A stretch of DNA of 64,000 bases, taken from NCBI GenBank assembly GCA_012295275.1, contig CM022673.1, positions 4,216,001 to 4,280,000 on the forward strand, in the 5' to 3' direction. Position 1 is the first letter of the stretch. Every line of letters starts with the position of its first letter. The position numbers and the translations under genes are program-made. A model generated the notes under the pieces. It ran no database searches and was not told where the DNA came from. It was given only the letters and a program-made list of their open reading frames with translations. Of this stretch, positions 40,201-55,453 are shown in pieces. Source of the DNA: Chrysomallon squamiferum. Its lineage: Eukaryota > Animalia > Mollusca.

Positions 40201-42474
40201 TGACTAATGAACTCTAATTTTAAGTTTAAAACTAAAATCCTAAGTTAATGTTTAATATTAACTTAAAATTCCAATAACAGCCAATTTGCATAACTTCATT
40301 TTACATTGTTATTTCACATAACCTTTTATAATTCTCATAAAAAAAAACAATAATAAAAAATATAAAAAAAACCCACCCAAAACAACAAACCCCACCACAT
40401 ATATACATAAAAACCCAAAAAGCCCATTATATATAAACTTGACATTTAAATAATGGTACATTCAAGGAATTTCAAACATACATTATTAGTCTGTTACAAT
40501 CATAAATGTCGAATAAAATTTTAAACAACAATTCTGAGAAATAAAATTAATATTCAATGTTCAAAAACTTACAGCTAAAATACACAGTATCAAGTTTGCA
40601 ATGAAAGTTTAATCTGTAATGGCCTACAATAAAAAGCCAAATAAGTTATAAGAAAGAATAAAGATGCTCTTTTTTTTTTTTATCAAAAATAAAGTGATGC
40701 TTTTAAAATTCTGATACTTGAATCAAATGTAAATATCAAAATTTTGATTAACTGTGATATGCTATATCTAATCAATTACATACCTTTATAATCCACAACA
40801 CCTAATAATCAGATATCTGATAAACAATTCATTAAATTAAAATTAATCAGTCATGCAATTTGACCTTTGTCATATGAACTGAATTTTTAAAAATATTATT
40901 TGAACATAAAAATCTTTTTAAAAAAACCCACAAAAAATAAAATATTATCACTCCAACTCATTGTTAATCACATTTTAAAATCTGAATATGAATACCAAAA
41001 TAAACTGATCTTTTGAGAAAAATTAAATTCACATCTTCAGCATCAGAACATTTCTTTGGCTAGCTTCAATACCAAGTGAATGAATGTAATAAAGTCAAAT
41101 TCCATATACTTCTGCTATCTGTAAAGATCTATAACAAAATAATCTTAATAAAGTATTTTAACAGACAGTGTCAAAAAGATAATGGTATTTCTGCTCCAAG
41201 ACGGAATAACAAAAAAAGAAAAAAGGTAGCTGTTTGTGATAGAATATATCGCAAGACATAAAATAGAGACAGGTTTTCCCAAATTAACCTTTTGAAAAAC
41301 TTGAAAATTAATTAAATTGATTATAGTTATTTACTTAATAATATATTTATATCTCAAAAAATTATAATCAGAAACACAAACACTACACATACACACACAA
41401 AAAACACATCATTTTTCAAAGCATCTTCATAGCACAGAATGATTGTTATAAAAAGAAATGGCTGATAATAATGGGACATAACTCTAGTAGGGTATTGGAA
41501 TAAACTATCGAAAATTTATTCCTGAAACATTCAATCACAGAAGCAGAAAAATCTTTTAAGCAATGTTTTAGTGAATTTAAATCTTTGTGTATAAAAAAAA
41601 TAATAAAAAAATAAAAGGATGCATTTGTCACAACCTATAACTAAATGCAAATACTTGTTAATGTTATCTTTAAAATACAATGTATTTTTTCAATTTATTG
41701 GTTGAAATTAAATTGTCTCAAATGTAAATTTATCTCTCTGCATATAATTATAAGAGATTCAATCTAAACTTATGAATAACATAAAGAGTTTAGATTTCTA
41801 ACCTGTATGTATTAATAAATGCACAGAATCAGATAAACTGCTGTTTGGTTAACTGAACATTAGCTGGTGCAACTGTGTATTCAGAACAACAGTATGTGCA
41901 TTAAACTGAGGAAATGTTTTATGTTGATTATGTTATTAACAAACCATCTTGTTTTAAAGAAGAGTATCTATAGTAAGTTCAAACAGATACAATATTCAAA
42001 ATATTGCACAAACTTGCATTAAAATTTCTTAGCGTAAATTATATGAAATGCTTCATACCCTCTGACATAATACTGTGAATGCTTTCTCATTCAAGTCATT
42101 TGAATAAACACCTGTGTGCATACATTATAAAGATATCAATCTCTCAAAAACACCCAGCTATTAATTCTAAATATATTAAGGGTGCCAACCCATTCTGATA
42201 TTTAAATCCAGTTTCTGTTCATTTTCTTTAAGACAAGATCAACTCTTTTTGCTCTGTCTGTCTCTCTGTCTCTCTGCCTCTCTCTCTCTCTCAATTTTTC
42301 TGTTTCACTGGCAAGATGTCACTAAGCAGTTTTTTGACAATAATGAAATATCATGTCTGGTGATAGCTTAGATTAGTCATGGAAAAAATCTTACTTCTCA
42401 AAATAAATGCGTCAGGAAATTAGAGACAAAAAATGCAGTTTGAGACATTAAGTTAATAAGACAAATGCAGATAC

Positions 42475-42512
<38 letters not shown>

Positions 42513-43831
42513 TAATAATAATGATGATGATAATATGTATAATATATATAAAATTCAATAACAAATAATGCACATTAATGCTTGATTAAAACTTATTTGT
42601 CTAAATATATATGTGTATATGTATAATTTTAAAAATATTCTGAATTAAAACAGCAGATTTACAAGATATATTAAACATTTTTGGTCTGTGCAATTTTACA
42701 TTCTTCTAAAATTTTATACAATTTGTGATTGAAACAGTGTAAAGGAAAAAAGAAATAACAAAAAACAAATATTCAAACAGCAACTTTATCATACACACAC
42801 ACACATACACACAAACACACACAAACACACACACACTCATACCCACAGCTGTTGTTTTGTTGAAGGTTTGTTTTAAAATACATAAATATTGAGAGTACAT
42901 ACCGTGTATATGTTAAAATGACGTAGATATTTCTGAAAAAATGTTATTATAGCAATATAATATTAGAGATAAAAAAAAAAATTATATAGCAAAACAAATA
43001 AAAATCATTGACTATGAATCTGAGACACAATTCCATTTTTTCTTACAGTAATAAGTACTTCTTTTAAACAAAGAGTATAATTTTTAGACATTATCTGGCT
43101 GTAAAATGTTCTTCAAACTGTTATAACAATGTCAGTCAGCCAAAATGTCAACCTAATAATTTATTTATTTATTTATTTACTTACATACTTAGTAATTTAT
43201 TTATGTTTTTATGTTTTTTAAATTTATTAAAGTAATATAATGCTTATTTTTTCAAGTCAATGATTTTATATAAAAATGTTGAGTAAATTCATTAACACGC
43301 TGTTTTATCAATATAAAGATATTTTAATACACTAACAATTTTAGAAAAACAAAAACCCATGCAAAATATTTTACAGAGGTTATATTAAGTTTTTTTTCTT
43401 ATAGTATTATGCTCGTCTGTTCTGTTTTTTCATATTAATGAAAGAATTCAAGATAAAAATCATGTAATATAATTCTGAAAATACGTCTTAAAAACAGAAT
43501 TATTTTGAAAATTCTAAAACATCTTTATATATATTTTCTAAAGTATCAGTTATTTGTTATAAACAGGAATATAACAGTATATTTAAAACAGTGACTAAAA
43601 GATTTCAAAAACAGACCTCCATGTAAAAGACATATTTTTACACATGACTACAAATGTAAAGCCAATATACAAAACATTAATATCTTTAACACTAATGTGA
43701 TATATATTAATTTAAAAAAAAAAACTAAAACCCATGCAAAACATTTGATAATGTTCTGCAAGTCAACCATTATGAAAAGATAAGTAAGTTTTTTTAGGCA
43801 GAAACCCGTGTTAAAAGGAACCTTTCTGTTG

Positions 43832-46800
43832 TTAAAACTGAATCTTGCTGCTATACACAGCCATAAACAGCATAATGCCAAATCCTGTGAGAAGGCCAAG
43901 GTTCTGTAAAATGAATATTTTTATTGTTCCCAGTGATTTGTCATTGGTAGTCTCTGCAGCATTCATTTCTGGCATCTAAAGAAATAAAAAGGAAAATCAA
44001 TTATTTAACAAATATATCTTGTTTACAAAAATATCTAACTTCTGAAAAAAGGAAGATAAAAAATAAGTATTTTTTACATCTATCGTTTTATTAAAAAAAC
44101 CAGAGTAAAACTGAACAGTTATAATAAAACAGAAATATTTAATGTTTAGTAATTGACAATCACTCATCTTCCTGTGATTTTCTCCCTAATGCTCAACTGT
44201 TTATTATACTGTATGCAGGAGTGGGATTCATTGCAAAATAATAAATTTTTTAATGCTGCTAAATATCAACAAACAGTATTTTGTGTTTATTGTTCTGGAC
44301 AAAGCAGCATTAATGAAATAATTTAGTGCTCTGTTAACTGCTCTAGATAAATGATACAAATTGTGAATAAACATTATAAAAGAAGAAATAACATTTTACA
44401 AAAGTTTACAGTATTTCTGAGTGACATTATGGTAATCAAAAGTTTAATAAAGAACGCAATATTCAAAAAGCTACAAAATCACTTAGTACCATGGTTTTAT
44501 TTACAAGCACTACCCAAGAAAGAAAAATCTCATGACATGATTGCTTGATTACAATGTTCCCAGAATGCAAATAAGAATGGGAAATTCCACAATCAAGTCA
44601 TAAAAATTCAAAAAAATTAACAAAATAAATAAATAAATAAATAAATAATGTCACAGAAAAGAAACTGATCCAGTAACCATAGCATAAAGAAATATTATGT
44701 ACAAGTTAATGTGAACATTAGTACACAGGTGTAATTCAATCCAAGACAAAAATCAATGAATTCTTACCATGTCAGCCAGTGATATGTAGAGGAACATTCC
44801 TCCAGCAACACCAAACACGTAGTGATGTGCTCCTGACAGCTCTCCGAGCAGAATACCAAAAATCAGTCCCAGGAAACACATACAGGCCGAGAGAAAGTTG
44901 AATAGCAACGCCTTCCTCAATGACATCCCTGAGTTAAGTAGAATGGCAAAATCTCCTACAAATAAACAAATAAGTAAGTAAATAAATAAATAAAAAGAAA
45001 GAAAAAAAGGAAGTTAAAAAATGTCTTTTTCAGTACATTCCTGAGTTAATGAGTATGGCAAACTCAACTAAAATTTTTTTTAAATTAAAATAAATAAATA
45101 AAATATAGATAGTTTAACAACAGTGACTTCTTCAGTGCATTACTAAGTTATATAGTATGCAAAATTGCCAACCAAAAAAAAAATTTTAAATTTAAAATGA
45201 AATAAAATAAAATAAAATAAAATTAAATAAAATAAAATTAAATAAAATTTAAAAGAAAACTAAACATGTTTGTCATATTTAAGCAAAGTAATATGGCTAA
45301 AAATCACTTAAAAATAAATTAAAAATGAAAAAATTGAACAATAATGTCTTTTTAATGACACTCCTGAATCGATTAGAAAGACAAATTTCTTAGGAAATAA
45401 TTATTATCATTATTTCTTTTTTTAAATTTAGTTCGATAAAATAAACAGTTTTAATAAGCTTTTCTTTTTCTTTAAACATATTTATGATGAATGTAAAAAA
45501 TGTCAATTAAAAATAAAAACCATATTATAATTACCAGTTCATCAGAGGTTTCTATTTTCAATATTTGATATGTATTGTGTATTATCTATCACAAGTAAAC
45601 AACAGGGAATGGAAAATTGAATCCTTTATTTCCTAGCCATATTTTATTTCTGCAAAGGCAAAGTCTTAAAAAAATAAAAAATAAAATAAAAAATGTAATA
45701 ATAATATCAACAGCAGACTTTACTAAGACATTTCACCTAGTTCGTGAGGCAGTTCCTCACAAATGACAGCCACAGAGACACTGATTCCTGTCAGAATGTT
45801 CTCTGAAAACGCTGCTCCAATAGATAAACCATCAATGAAGTTGTGCAGTCCATCGCCAAATATTATCATCCACGCCACAGGTTTCACAGTTCTTCTTTGT
45901 CCACTGTGGTCATGGCCTATCAGACCATTGGGCTTTTGATTTCTACCATTGTTCTGAAAGAATTAAAATAAATATGCCCATACTTAAGCAAATACAAACT
46001 AAGATAGATAAGTATGCAGAGATATACAATAAGAAACATATATTTGTACACACACAAAATGAACATATGTAACACATATAAATATACAAACACACACAGA
46101 GCTATGTCCATGCATTCAAAGCACAACACAAATTTTTACACATAATCACACCATACCATATGCTACCCACCATACAAACATACACCCACCCACACACACA
46201 ATACTTCATACCGCAGAAAAACAACATACCAGAGACGATCTATCAGATTCCATCTGTTCGTTGCTCTGACTGCAAGTCAAATCTAAGGACTCGTCACTGA
46301 TGTCTTCCAGCAGTTCTTGACCTGTACAGGTAGATATGTTTCGTGGCATGGTGTTCGGTTCCTTGTAGATCTTGGCATTCTCCGACTCTGGAGTTTTTTT
46401 CTTCACAGAGCAGATGACATTCATCAAGTCATCAGTGCCCTTGTCCAGGTTGTCGTCAATGTGATCATGTCTCTTCTTCAATTTGTTCTGTCAACAGAAG
46501 GTGCAGAGATAACTTTAGAGTAAGTGGATAAGATCAAATTAAAATAAATTAAATTTAAATTTAACAAAAATAATAATGAAATAGAATTGAATAAAGGAAT
46601 TAAAAACAGTAAAGAAAGGTAGAAGATAACAAAAATTACTTTCTTGGTTTAAAATAAAACATTTCTACCATCTCTTCAATATTAATAATTATTACAAACT
46701 AAAGATTTAGTCAGCTGTAAATTAAAACAGGTAAATAAATACACTATTTCAATAATTCTCTTTTTAAATAACAACTATATATATTTTTAACTTTAACAGA

Positions 46801-49166
46801 AGCAAAATAAAAATAATTTTTTTGTTTCTTTATTAAAATATGAATCAGTTAGATAATTCAGGAAAAGCAATCAATGGCAAAATAAAAAAAAATTAAAAAT
46901 AAAATAAAATTAAAAAAATGTTATGATGTTTGGTTTATTTACAAAAGCAAAAAAATATTTTCTGAATATTTTATAATTTTACCAACACCTAAAATTAGTA
47001 TAAATTCTTTCTACATGAGAAATCTTTGAAATATTTTTAATATATTAACATGTAGCTCTTTATTTTGTACTATAGTTTAACAATGTATTATTACATTTGA
47101 TTTAAAGGTGTGCTTCTGATATAAACTAAAATTTAATCAAAGCATACAACAGAAAATATGCATAAACAGAAGAGTAAACATATTTCTGAAAACACTGTTT
47201 TTTCCTCAGAAAGGTTGTGAAGGGCAGCTGGAAATATGGTGAAGCAGACAATAATTATAATGCAGAAAGATGGAAGGTGATGTTATATACACAAAGCCAG
47301 AAGATCAAAATTTATTACAAAACAAATAAGAAAGAAGAAAGAAAGAAAGAAAGAAAATTTATATTTTTATGTATTATTATAAAATAAATTTAATTCACTT
47401 TTTACAACAAAATGACATATGTTGTATATAATTATAATACTATTAACAACTACAAAGATGTAATGTAGTTAATAAAATTAATATTATTTTTTTATTTTTT
47501 TTAAATAAATAAAAGAAAGAAAGAAAGAAATAAATAAATGAATCATAAAGTAAAAACAGTATGATAGGAATGTATCAGTTTAGCTTCTGTAAACAAGGCC
47601 AAAGAAAACTTATGTTTTTAATTATTATCAGAATTGCAATTTAAAACAAACACTTCTCATTTAATTAGAAATAATGTCATTATTCAAAATAAAATATAAT
47701 TTAGTAGTGATGTAATATTACATATACCATTAATTTCTTATATATTTTAACCAATAAAACATTGTGTGTTTGCCTTTCTGAATTACTAAAAATATCCAGT
47801 TGTTTACACTAATGGATACACATTATGAATTTTATTTATTCAGTGTAATGTATCTGAAAAAGGTAATGACTTTTTTTTTTATACACTTTTTTTATTTATA
47901 TTTATATTATCACTGCCAATTAGTTGATGTTCGACATTAAGGAAAACAGAAACAACACATTTTATTATTTTCTTCTTTGAAATGCAATGATTATTATTAT
48001 TATTATTATTATTATTTATAATAAGTGCACTTAAACTAAGTTAAAGTATGCTAGTACCAGTATAACTAAATTAGGTTAAATACATTTTAAACACTTAGTG
48101 ACTGTTTTATTTGTACACACCAACCTTTACCAATAACATGTGACAGTATTATATGAGACCCTAAGGATACATAACATCTAGAGTTTCATTGTATATTTTG
48201 AATAATGCACACATATACACAAATTTAAATTAAAAAAAATTAAAAATTTTGTTACAATTGATCTTTAATGATAAACAAATAAAATTTAATATATAGACTC
48301 TGGCTTTATATTTTTATGAAACTGATATCAGGGAGAAAAAAATTAAATAAATAGCAGTGTCTATACTTTCCATGAGCTTGCTATTTTAATGAGATATTTT
48401 ATTAGTAGCAAAGGTTGGTGTGCAAAAAAATAATAAAACAATAACTAGGGAAGTATACAAAATGTATTTATGGTTGCTTCTTAATAATCCCATGAATGAG
48501 TATATATATATATTAATTTAGAAAGGCTATATTAGTGTTAACACAATCTGTGATTTATACCCTGTATTCTTTGACCACATATCCTGCTGTGTTACTAGTG
48601 TTCTGTAAGTACAAAACATGCATGATTTTCATTTCAAATTCTCTTATAAAAAATATATATATATATACACACACACACAACACATGTCAAAAAAACAAAG
48701 TCAAGGACAAGATAAAAGATAAATAATATTTGTCATGCAACTGTAACACCTTCCTGATAACTTTGAAAGCATTATTCTGTCTTTGCCTGATAACACCTAG
48801 CTTGATAAGTCTGTGTTCTTATGTGACCCATCACATTAAACCAGCACTAAGGTTGCCTTTTGGCTGATTGGAATTATGAACATTTTCAAATTCCTGTTTA
48901 CATATCTCATTCATGCCAGTTAAGTCCATAGAAACTGGAGAGCTTCTTGTATGTAGTAAATAACATTGTTCATACACACTTTAGGATTTGTATTTATCAA
49001 TTTCATGTCTGGATCAAAGATATGTATAAACCCTTTTTTAATAAAAAATAAAAATAAAAACATTTTTGGTATTACTATTTTTAGTAAAAGCTTAAAACTT
49101 GGTCGTGTGACTTAAGACTGGGTTCAGTGTGATGGGTCACATATTTTATGAACCATGGTTGAAAAA

Positions 49167-49200
<34 letters not shown>

Positions 49201-50487
49201 TATGTCTGTATATATATTACAAAGGAAAATTAGATAATTTCTTTCTTGACAAGAAAAGCCATACAACAAGAACTGAAAGAGAATAAACAGTGAGGTTTTA
49301 TACACAAAAGAGACTTAATTCTTAATGACCATGAATGAATAACTATATGGATGAATAATGAATGTGTAATATTTATTTAACCATAATATATGCATTTTTA
49401 CATTAATAATTATCAAGTGTCAAATATGTGATACTGAAACCACAGAGAGGAAAAACAGAAGTGTAACTGTAAGAATAACTTCTGTCACATCAGCCAGCAG
49501 CAGGAAGCCTGTATCAATGATATCATAGTGTTTGATATACACGTTTTAGTGATGAACAGGAAACAGCCCAGTCAAAATTCCCAGAAGGATTGAACTTATA
49601 ATTAATGACAGGAGACGCATTGTAAATAAATCAGTTGTACTTTCAGTTCTTGGGGATAAAATGCAAAACAAAAAGAACAGGTCAAAATTAAATTAAAAAT
49701 GGTAACCATGCTGTTTGTTTTGTAACAGTCAGAATATAAAGAACAAAACATTTAAGGCTTCTATTTTCTAAAAGAAAAAAAAACAAAACTGTATAAAATA
49801 TTTTTCTGAGAATTTATTAATGCTTATTTTAATTACACTGATAAAATCTCACCTCTCTCCATGTGACCAATATTCTCATAATTCGCTCTGTGAGATAAAA
49901 CAGATATATTCCTCCCATTATAGAGGTAGACCTCCAGATATAACCATATCGATCATCCTGACCCACCAGACTAAATGCCTATTAAAAATAAAAAATTTAA
50001 AAATAGAATGAAAACTATACAGACATATTATTGATAAATGTGTGTGTAGTGTATGTCTGGGTGCATGAAACTTGATAAGAATTTTTTTCCAAAATTGATT
50101 TTGTTTTATGTGTCTGTCTCTGTGTGTGTGCGTGTGTGTTACTGAGCTGTAAAGGCACTGAAGTGAAATATGTTATGAAGTTCACCTCTGGTATAAGAAA
50201 CAGCAGCCCACTGCCTGCCAGACTGCCAACAGCCAGAGCAACCATGTAAACAAGAACAAGTCTGTATATAGACATCTTCATACAGGGCAGTACTATAACT
50301 CCAATCAGTGAGCACACAGAGATTAGTGCAACAAACAGCATACCAAAACCCCATACTGAAAATAAAAAGATATGTTACACATTTATATATATCTACTTAC
50401 ACACACACACACACACACATAAAATCAAAAAAGGTCATATAATGGTATATACCTCTTTACTATATACCAAAGAATATATATATGTAC

Positions 50488-50522
<35 letters not shown>

Positions 50523-53339
50523 CATATTTAACTAGGCATAAATAAATAGTAAATTATATGTATGTATCTAATAATGATACTTTATAAGCAATGCAAATGC
50601 TGGGGGATTTTTTCCACATATAATAAATTATTATTATTATGATAAATGTATCATTATCAAAGTGAAAAGAATTACATTCCTTGTCTGCACAAATAAGTCG
50701 GTGTCTGTATTTGTGTGTGTATACATATATTTATATATAGAAATCTGTGTGTGAATACCTGCTAGTTGTGAAGGATGGTCTCTTTTACCACTGTGAGTAG
50801 TTACATTGATTTTTATGCCACAATCAGTTTTCATGACAGAGTAGAGCAGAGCGGGAGATAACTTTTCTAAGTCATGAACTGTCAGCTTCCGAGATACATC
50901 CAATGAATATAACTGGAAAATCTCCCTCACGTTGATACACTGAAAGCAAACATGTTTTATTAAGTAAATATGTGATAATTCCAAATGAGATTTAATTTTA
51001 TGTTTTATATTATATATATATATATATATATAATATAAAAGAAAAAAGGGCTTGATAAAATTTGTTCTGGTAGATTTGTTTCATATATATATATATTTAT
51101 ATACATTATATAAGAAATAATTGTATATTTGTTTCACATATACTTATATCAGAAACACTCAAACAGGTTTGATTGTTTTCTTTTTCTTTTTACTGTATAA
51201 ATGAATTTTAATAAATTTTAATATAAGAAACAGGTTTGATACTTTTTTTTTTATTATTGAATATTTGTTTCATAAAATGTATTTAAGAAACAGGCACCCA
51301 TATTTTTTTTTATCATTTACTTGTTTCATATTTAATAATACTAGAAATGAATTTGATAATTTTACATTGTACACTTATTAAAGTTGTTTTATAATAATTA
51401 CATATTAGAAATGAACTTAATGATTCCCAATATTAGTATGTAAAACCAAAATTAGTATGTAACATTAGGGGAATCACCAGCCATGTTATTTAGCTTTTTC
51501 TATTGAGAAATAGAATTACCCTTTGTTGGTTTTTTAAATGTTTTAATAGAATTTTAATGTTTGCACCAGAATTGATATAGAGCTTGGATTGATAATCTTA
51601 CTGCACATTTACTGAATGAAATTATATATATCGTCGTCTTTTGTGATATAAATTAGCTGTGCAATCTATTACATCAGTCATTTTAATTCATTCATTGACT
51701 AATGCATTTTATAATTCTGTTAAATTTGCTGAAACTATGATATTAAATTACTTCATAATACAAACATAGTATGTTTTAATTTACTATTTATTTTATTATT
51801 ATTATTTGGAAATTAGCAAATAAAGAAATCCACAAATAATAACAAACAAAAAAACAAACAAAAAACGTACCATCAAATTGTTTTAATAATTAACTATGAT
51901 AACAAAAATCTGCTGTGCACATTGTTACATCTAAACACATCAGCATCAAAAGATTTGTAGATGGTGACAACAATTATTATAGAAGTCCTACAAGTGACAG
52001 CTTGGTCAGGCATTGTTTTTAACTATCAGTGGTACCCCATGCTTTTGTTGTGACATATGTGATACACATGGAATAAACTACAAGGTGGGAAAAACAATTA
52101 ATTTAATATATGACAATTTATTACTTAGTTCGTTTTAATAGTAATTCAGAAATATTTTGTATTAAATGTTATTGTAATATTTCATCTTCATCTACTAATG
52201 GTAGTTATTACTTATTATTTGGTAATTCTGCAGCTATAGTAAACATGGTAATTGAATTTCAATCAGGAAATATATATAAAAATAAATGTTAAAAATTAAA
52301 AACCAGAATTAAAATGCTGTTATGGGAACATCTATAAAAGATATTAAAAAGAAATGGTAAATTTCATAGTAAACCTAATCCTCTTTTTTCAGTCTTTTTC
52401 TTTTTTTGCCCTTTTTATATATATATATATATATATATATTATTATTATTTTTTTAATCTTTTATATGTAACTTTGTATCAGATAAAAAAAAACTGTTCT
52501 GTCAACAGGAAATTCTAATTCTGATTTTAATGTGCCAATTAAAATTAAGATGTCTTAATAATAAAACTAGTTTTGTGTGTGCTTGTGTGTTTGTGTGTGT
52601 GTGTGTTAAAACAGAAATTGTAGTTCTAAGATACTGAAAGTGGATTTTATTTGTAATCTAAAAGTAAAAAGTGTAGGATGTGCCTGTTACATACAAGTTT
52701 TGGATATTCTATACCTAGCAGAGATGTCAGGTGACATCATTTTCCACTAACAACAGATGCTTCCATGTTTTACTAAGTGTCCTTATAGTGATGTTTATAT
52801 TATTTTGGTATTATTTGTTTTATTAATATTGGGAGATATTTAGAATCTATTCAAGTTATTATTAAAGTTTATGTAATATTATTATGGTACAGATTTCAGG
52901 TAGTTAAAAATAAAGGCTCAATAAAAGTCAATTATCAGGTAATTATTTATATTTCTAATGCTAATAAACATCATTTAAACCAATTGTTTAATCATATTCT
53001 GATCAACATGTTGCAAATGAAAAAGAAAATGAAAATAGTAATAAATTATTTTTTAAGTTTTAAACAAATCTGAACTGTCTTATTTTTTAATCTCAAATGG
53101 TTTTATTTATTTAAAATGATATTAAAAGGGAATGGGAAATTTAATAACATATCGAAGTGAAACTAATCTCTTTCTTTTTTAGCTTTTTTTTTTTTTTTTT
53201 TTTATACATTATATTGGCAACTTTTTATCAGATAAAAGACTGTTCAGTCAACAGGAAATTCTAATTTTAGTCACCTCACATATGAGTACACTAAAGCCAG
53301 GTATAAAAACACTTCTAATGTGGCAATTATCTTAATAAT

Positions 53340-53401
<62 letters not shown>

Positions 53402-54634
53402 AAACAGAAATTGTAGTTCTAAGATACTGAATAGTGGATTTTATTTGTAGTCTAAAAGTAAAAAGTGTATCATACGCCTGTTACACACAAGTTTTGGATA
53501 TTCTATACCTAGCAGATGTCAGGTGACATCATTCACTACAAACAACAGATGCTTCCATGTTTTACTCAATGTCCTATATAAGTATATTATAAAAATATAT
53601 ATAATATTATTTTTTTCAGTCCTTGCAATGACTCGACATATTTCTATTGATATTTTTTTTTATGTACACAATGCTGAATGTGAGTCAGCAGATTTTACAC
53701 AGCCAAAGATAAAAAGCCACGCAGCATATGAATACTATTAGAATACAAAATACAGGTTAAATTATCAATATTCTAAAACTGAATATTCTTAAAAATCTGG
53801 TCTAAAATAAAAGCTATAAATAAATAAATCTAAATGTATTAAAAAGGCATATAATATTTTATTAATTAATATTATATAGACCTATATACACACACAAATT
53901 TAAATAACTGAATTTCCCATGTTTGGCAGTTTCCTATACTATTCATTTCTAGTATAAAAATATCAAACAGTGCTTTGCAGAAGATAAACCTGCAATGTTT
54001 GCTTGACAAGTATAGCTTTTACTATTATACTTATAGTATTAATTGTATTATACAAATAACTGCTGTTTGTTATATCAAGTAATCAAATCAAATATTAAAA
54101 TGTAATATAATATTTATGTATGATTTATGTTGGTGTGTTTACAACAGAATTATGAAATACAAAATAACCATGTAAATTAATGTGCTTGTACCATAATTTA
54201 ATAATTTTATTTATTATTATTTTTTTTTATATATTACTTTTTTTTTTTTTTTTTTTTTTTAAATACTAGCAAAAACACATACTCTAGGATTATAAAACAA
54301 TACCTAAAATGAGGTGGAGAAGAGAATACTGAAATATTAAAATAAAATATCTTGAAATAATTTATTAATTATAACTCACCTGTTTTTCCAAACATGTTGT
54401 TAAAGTTTGTAAGTTTGTCACATTCATAAAACAGTTATGTAAACCTTTATATTCTGAAGATAATATACTGTCCAATTCAAGAAAATCAATGGTTCCATTT
54501 GATCCAAAATGTTTGACAATTCTTTCTAGAAAAATGTCCGTCACATTTTCCTCTGGTGAAACTATATTTTGATTTTTTGTTCTTTCAACAGAAAGGAATA
54601 ATATAAAACTAACCAGTACTATATTTATTTTCAT
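43832..54634 (-). CDS. SLC39A14: SLC39 LIV-1 subfamily metal transporter, ZIP14/ZIP8-like paralogue B (conservative), 8 coding exons, ~512 aa
   Basis: Exons 54634-54380, 50939-50759, 50355-50186, 49978-49853, 46487-46230, 45953-45737, 44955-44768, 43975-43832 join in phase (1539 nt). Motifs: SPALL; VWGFG...LIPE; [10 protein letters not shown]; [18 protein letters not shown]; [12 protein letters not shown]; QNLGLLTGF. Gene symbol is nearest-family only. Confidence 0.94.
52470..53578. repeat. ~320-360 bp direct duplication in ZIP-B intron 1 (52470-52787 and 53219-53578)
   Basis: Shared GTCAACAGGAAATTCTAATT, (GT)n, AAAACAGAAATTGTAGTTCTAAGATACTGAA, CAAGTTTTGGATATTCTATACCTAGCAGA and CAACAGATGCTTCCATGTTTTACT. 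Confidence 0.9.
53346..53398. repeat. (GT)n microsatellite
   Basis: Pure GT run inside the second duplicate block, expanded relative to the first block. Confidence 0.95.
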
Positions 54635-55453
54635 TTTTCGATCTGTAAAAACGTCCCGAAATGATGCGAATGATAGAAGATTATGATTATCTTTATTATA
54701 TATCGTTCGAGATCAAATGAACTCACACGACAACACGATCACAATGACAAATAAAACACGCCGCTGAAGAGTAGTTGGTTAGATAAACCGCCAGTTTCCT
54801 TAACTGAACTAATGAAAGCCAATATTTTTCCAAAAGGTGTTAAAACAACACAAGTAAATACTCAAAACACGTTTCAAAACGAACACCATATGAACGTGCT
54901 CACCCACAAGTCGGGGCGTCATCGCTAAAGCCAATACCGGTGTTGCCTTGAAATGTTCCGCCTGATATAAAAGCTTTTATATCCCGTTTGACGCCAGGTC
55001 CAAAATAAAAACATTTATATATATAAACAAAGTAGTATTTATTTAAATAAGAAACATATTTGTGCTTATTATATTAAACTTAGACCAAACTGCTTCTCAC
55101 ATCGGATAAAACAATAATATTTTTAATTATATATATTTGGATTAAATATACTTATTATTAATGTAATACAGAGATCTTATTAATGATTCACCGGTGAATA
55201 TTTAGCGACTTACTCTTAAAATCGAATAATACTCGGAATGTCAAATTTATATTAGGCTAACAATTCCCAATTACTGCATAACCAAAAAATAAATTTTATA
55301 TGTTACCAATATAGTGAATGTTAAAATACATTACATGTGGCCAAAAACTGTTCGCCTTAGTTTTGTACTCGCTTATCTAAAGAAAATTAATGTTTTGTTA
55401 TCTACTTCCGATAACGTCAATGTTTATCGAAACTAATCTACACAGTAAACAAT
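54635..55453. promoter_or_regulatory. Divergent promoter between ZIP paralogue B and the ankyrin gene
   Basis: ATGs point outward ~820 bp apart. Local CpG enrichment in otherwise CpG-poor DNA. Probable short minus-strand 5'UTR intron ~54727-54642 (GTGAGT...TTTTTACAG). YY1-like AATATGGCG overlaps the ankyrin ATG. Confidence 0.6.

Noticed and set aside
35526-43831. Metal-response elements (TGCRCNC) or iron-responsive elements near the ZIP genes
   Set aside because: No MRE was seen upstream of either ZIP start, and the CAGTGN loops inspected in the ZIP-B downstream region lack the IRE stem. The check was manual and not exhaustive.
51421-51476. 8-bp inverted repeat TGATTCCC...GGGAATCA as a MITE
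   Set aside because: Too short, no clear target-site duplication and no second copy.
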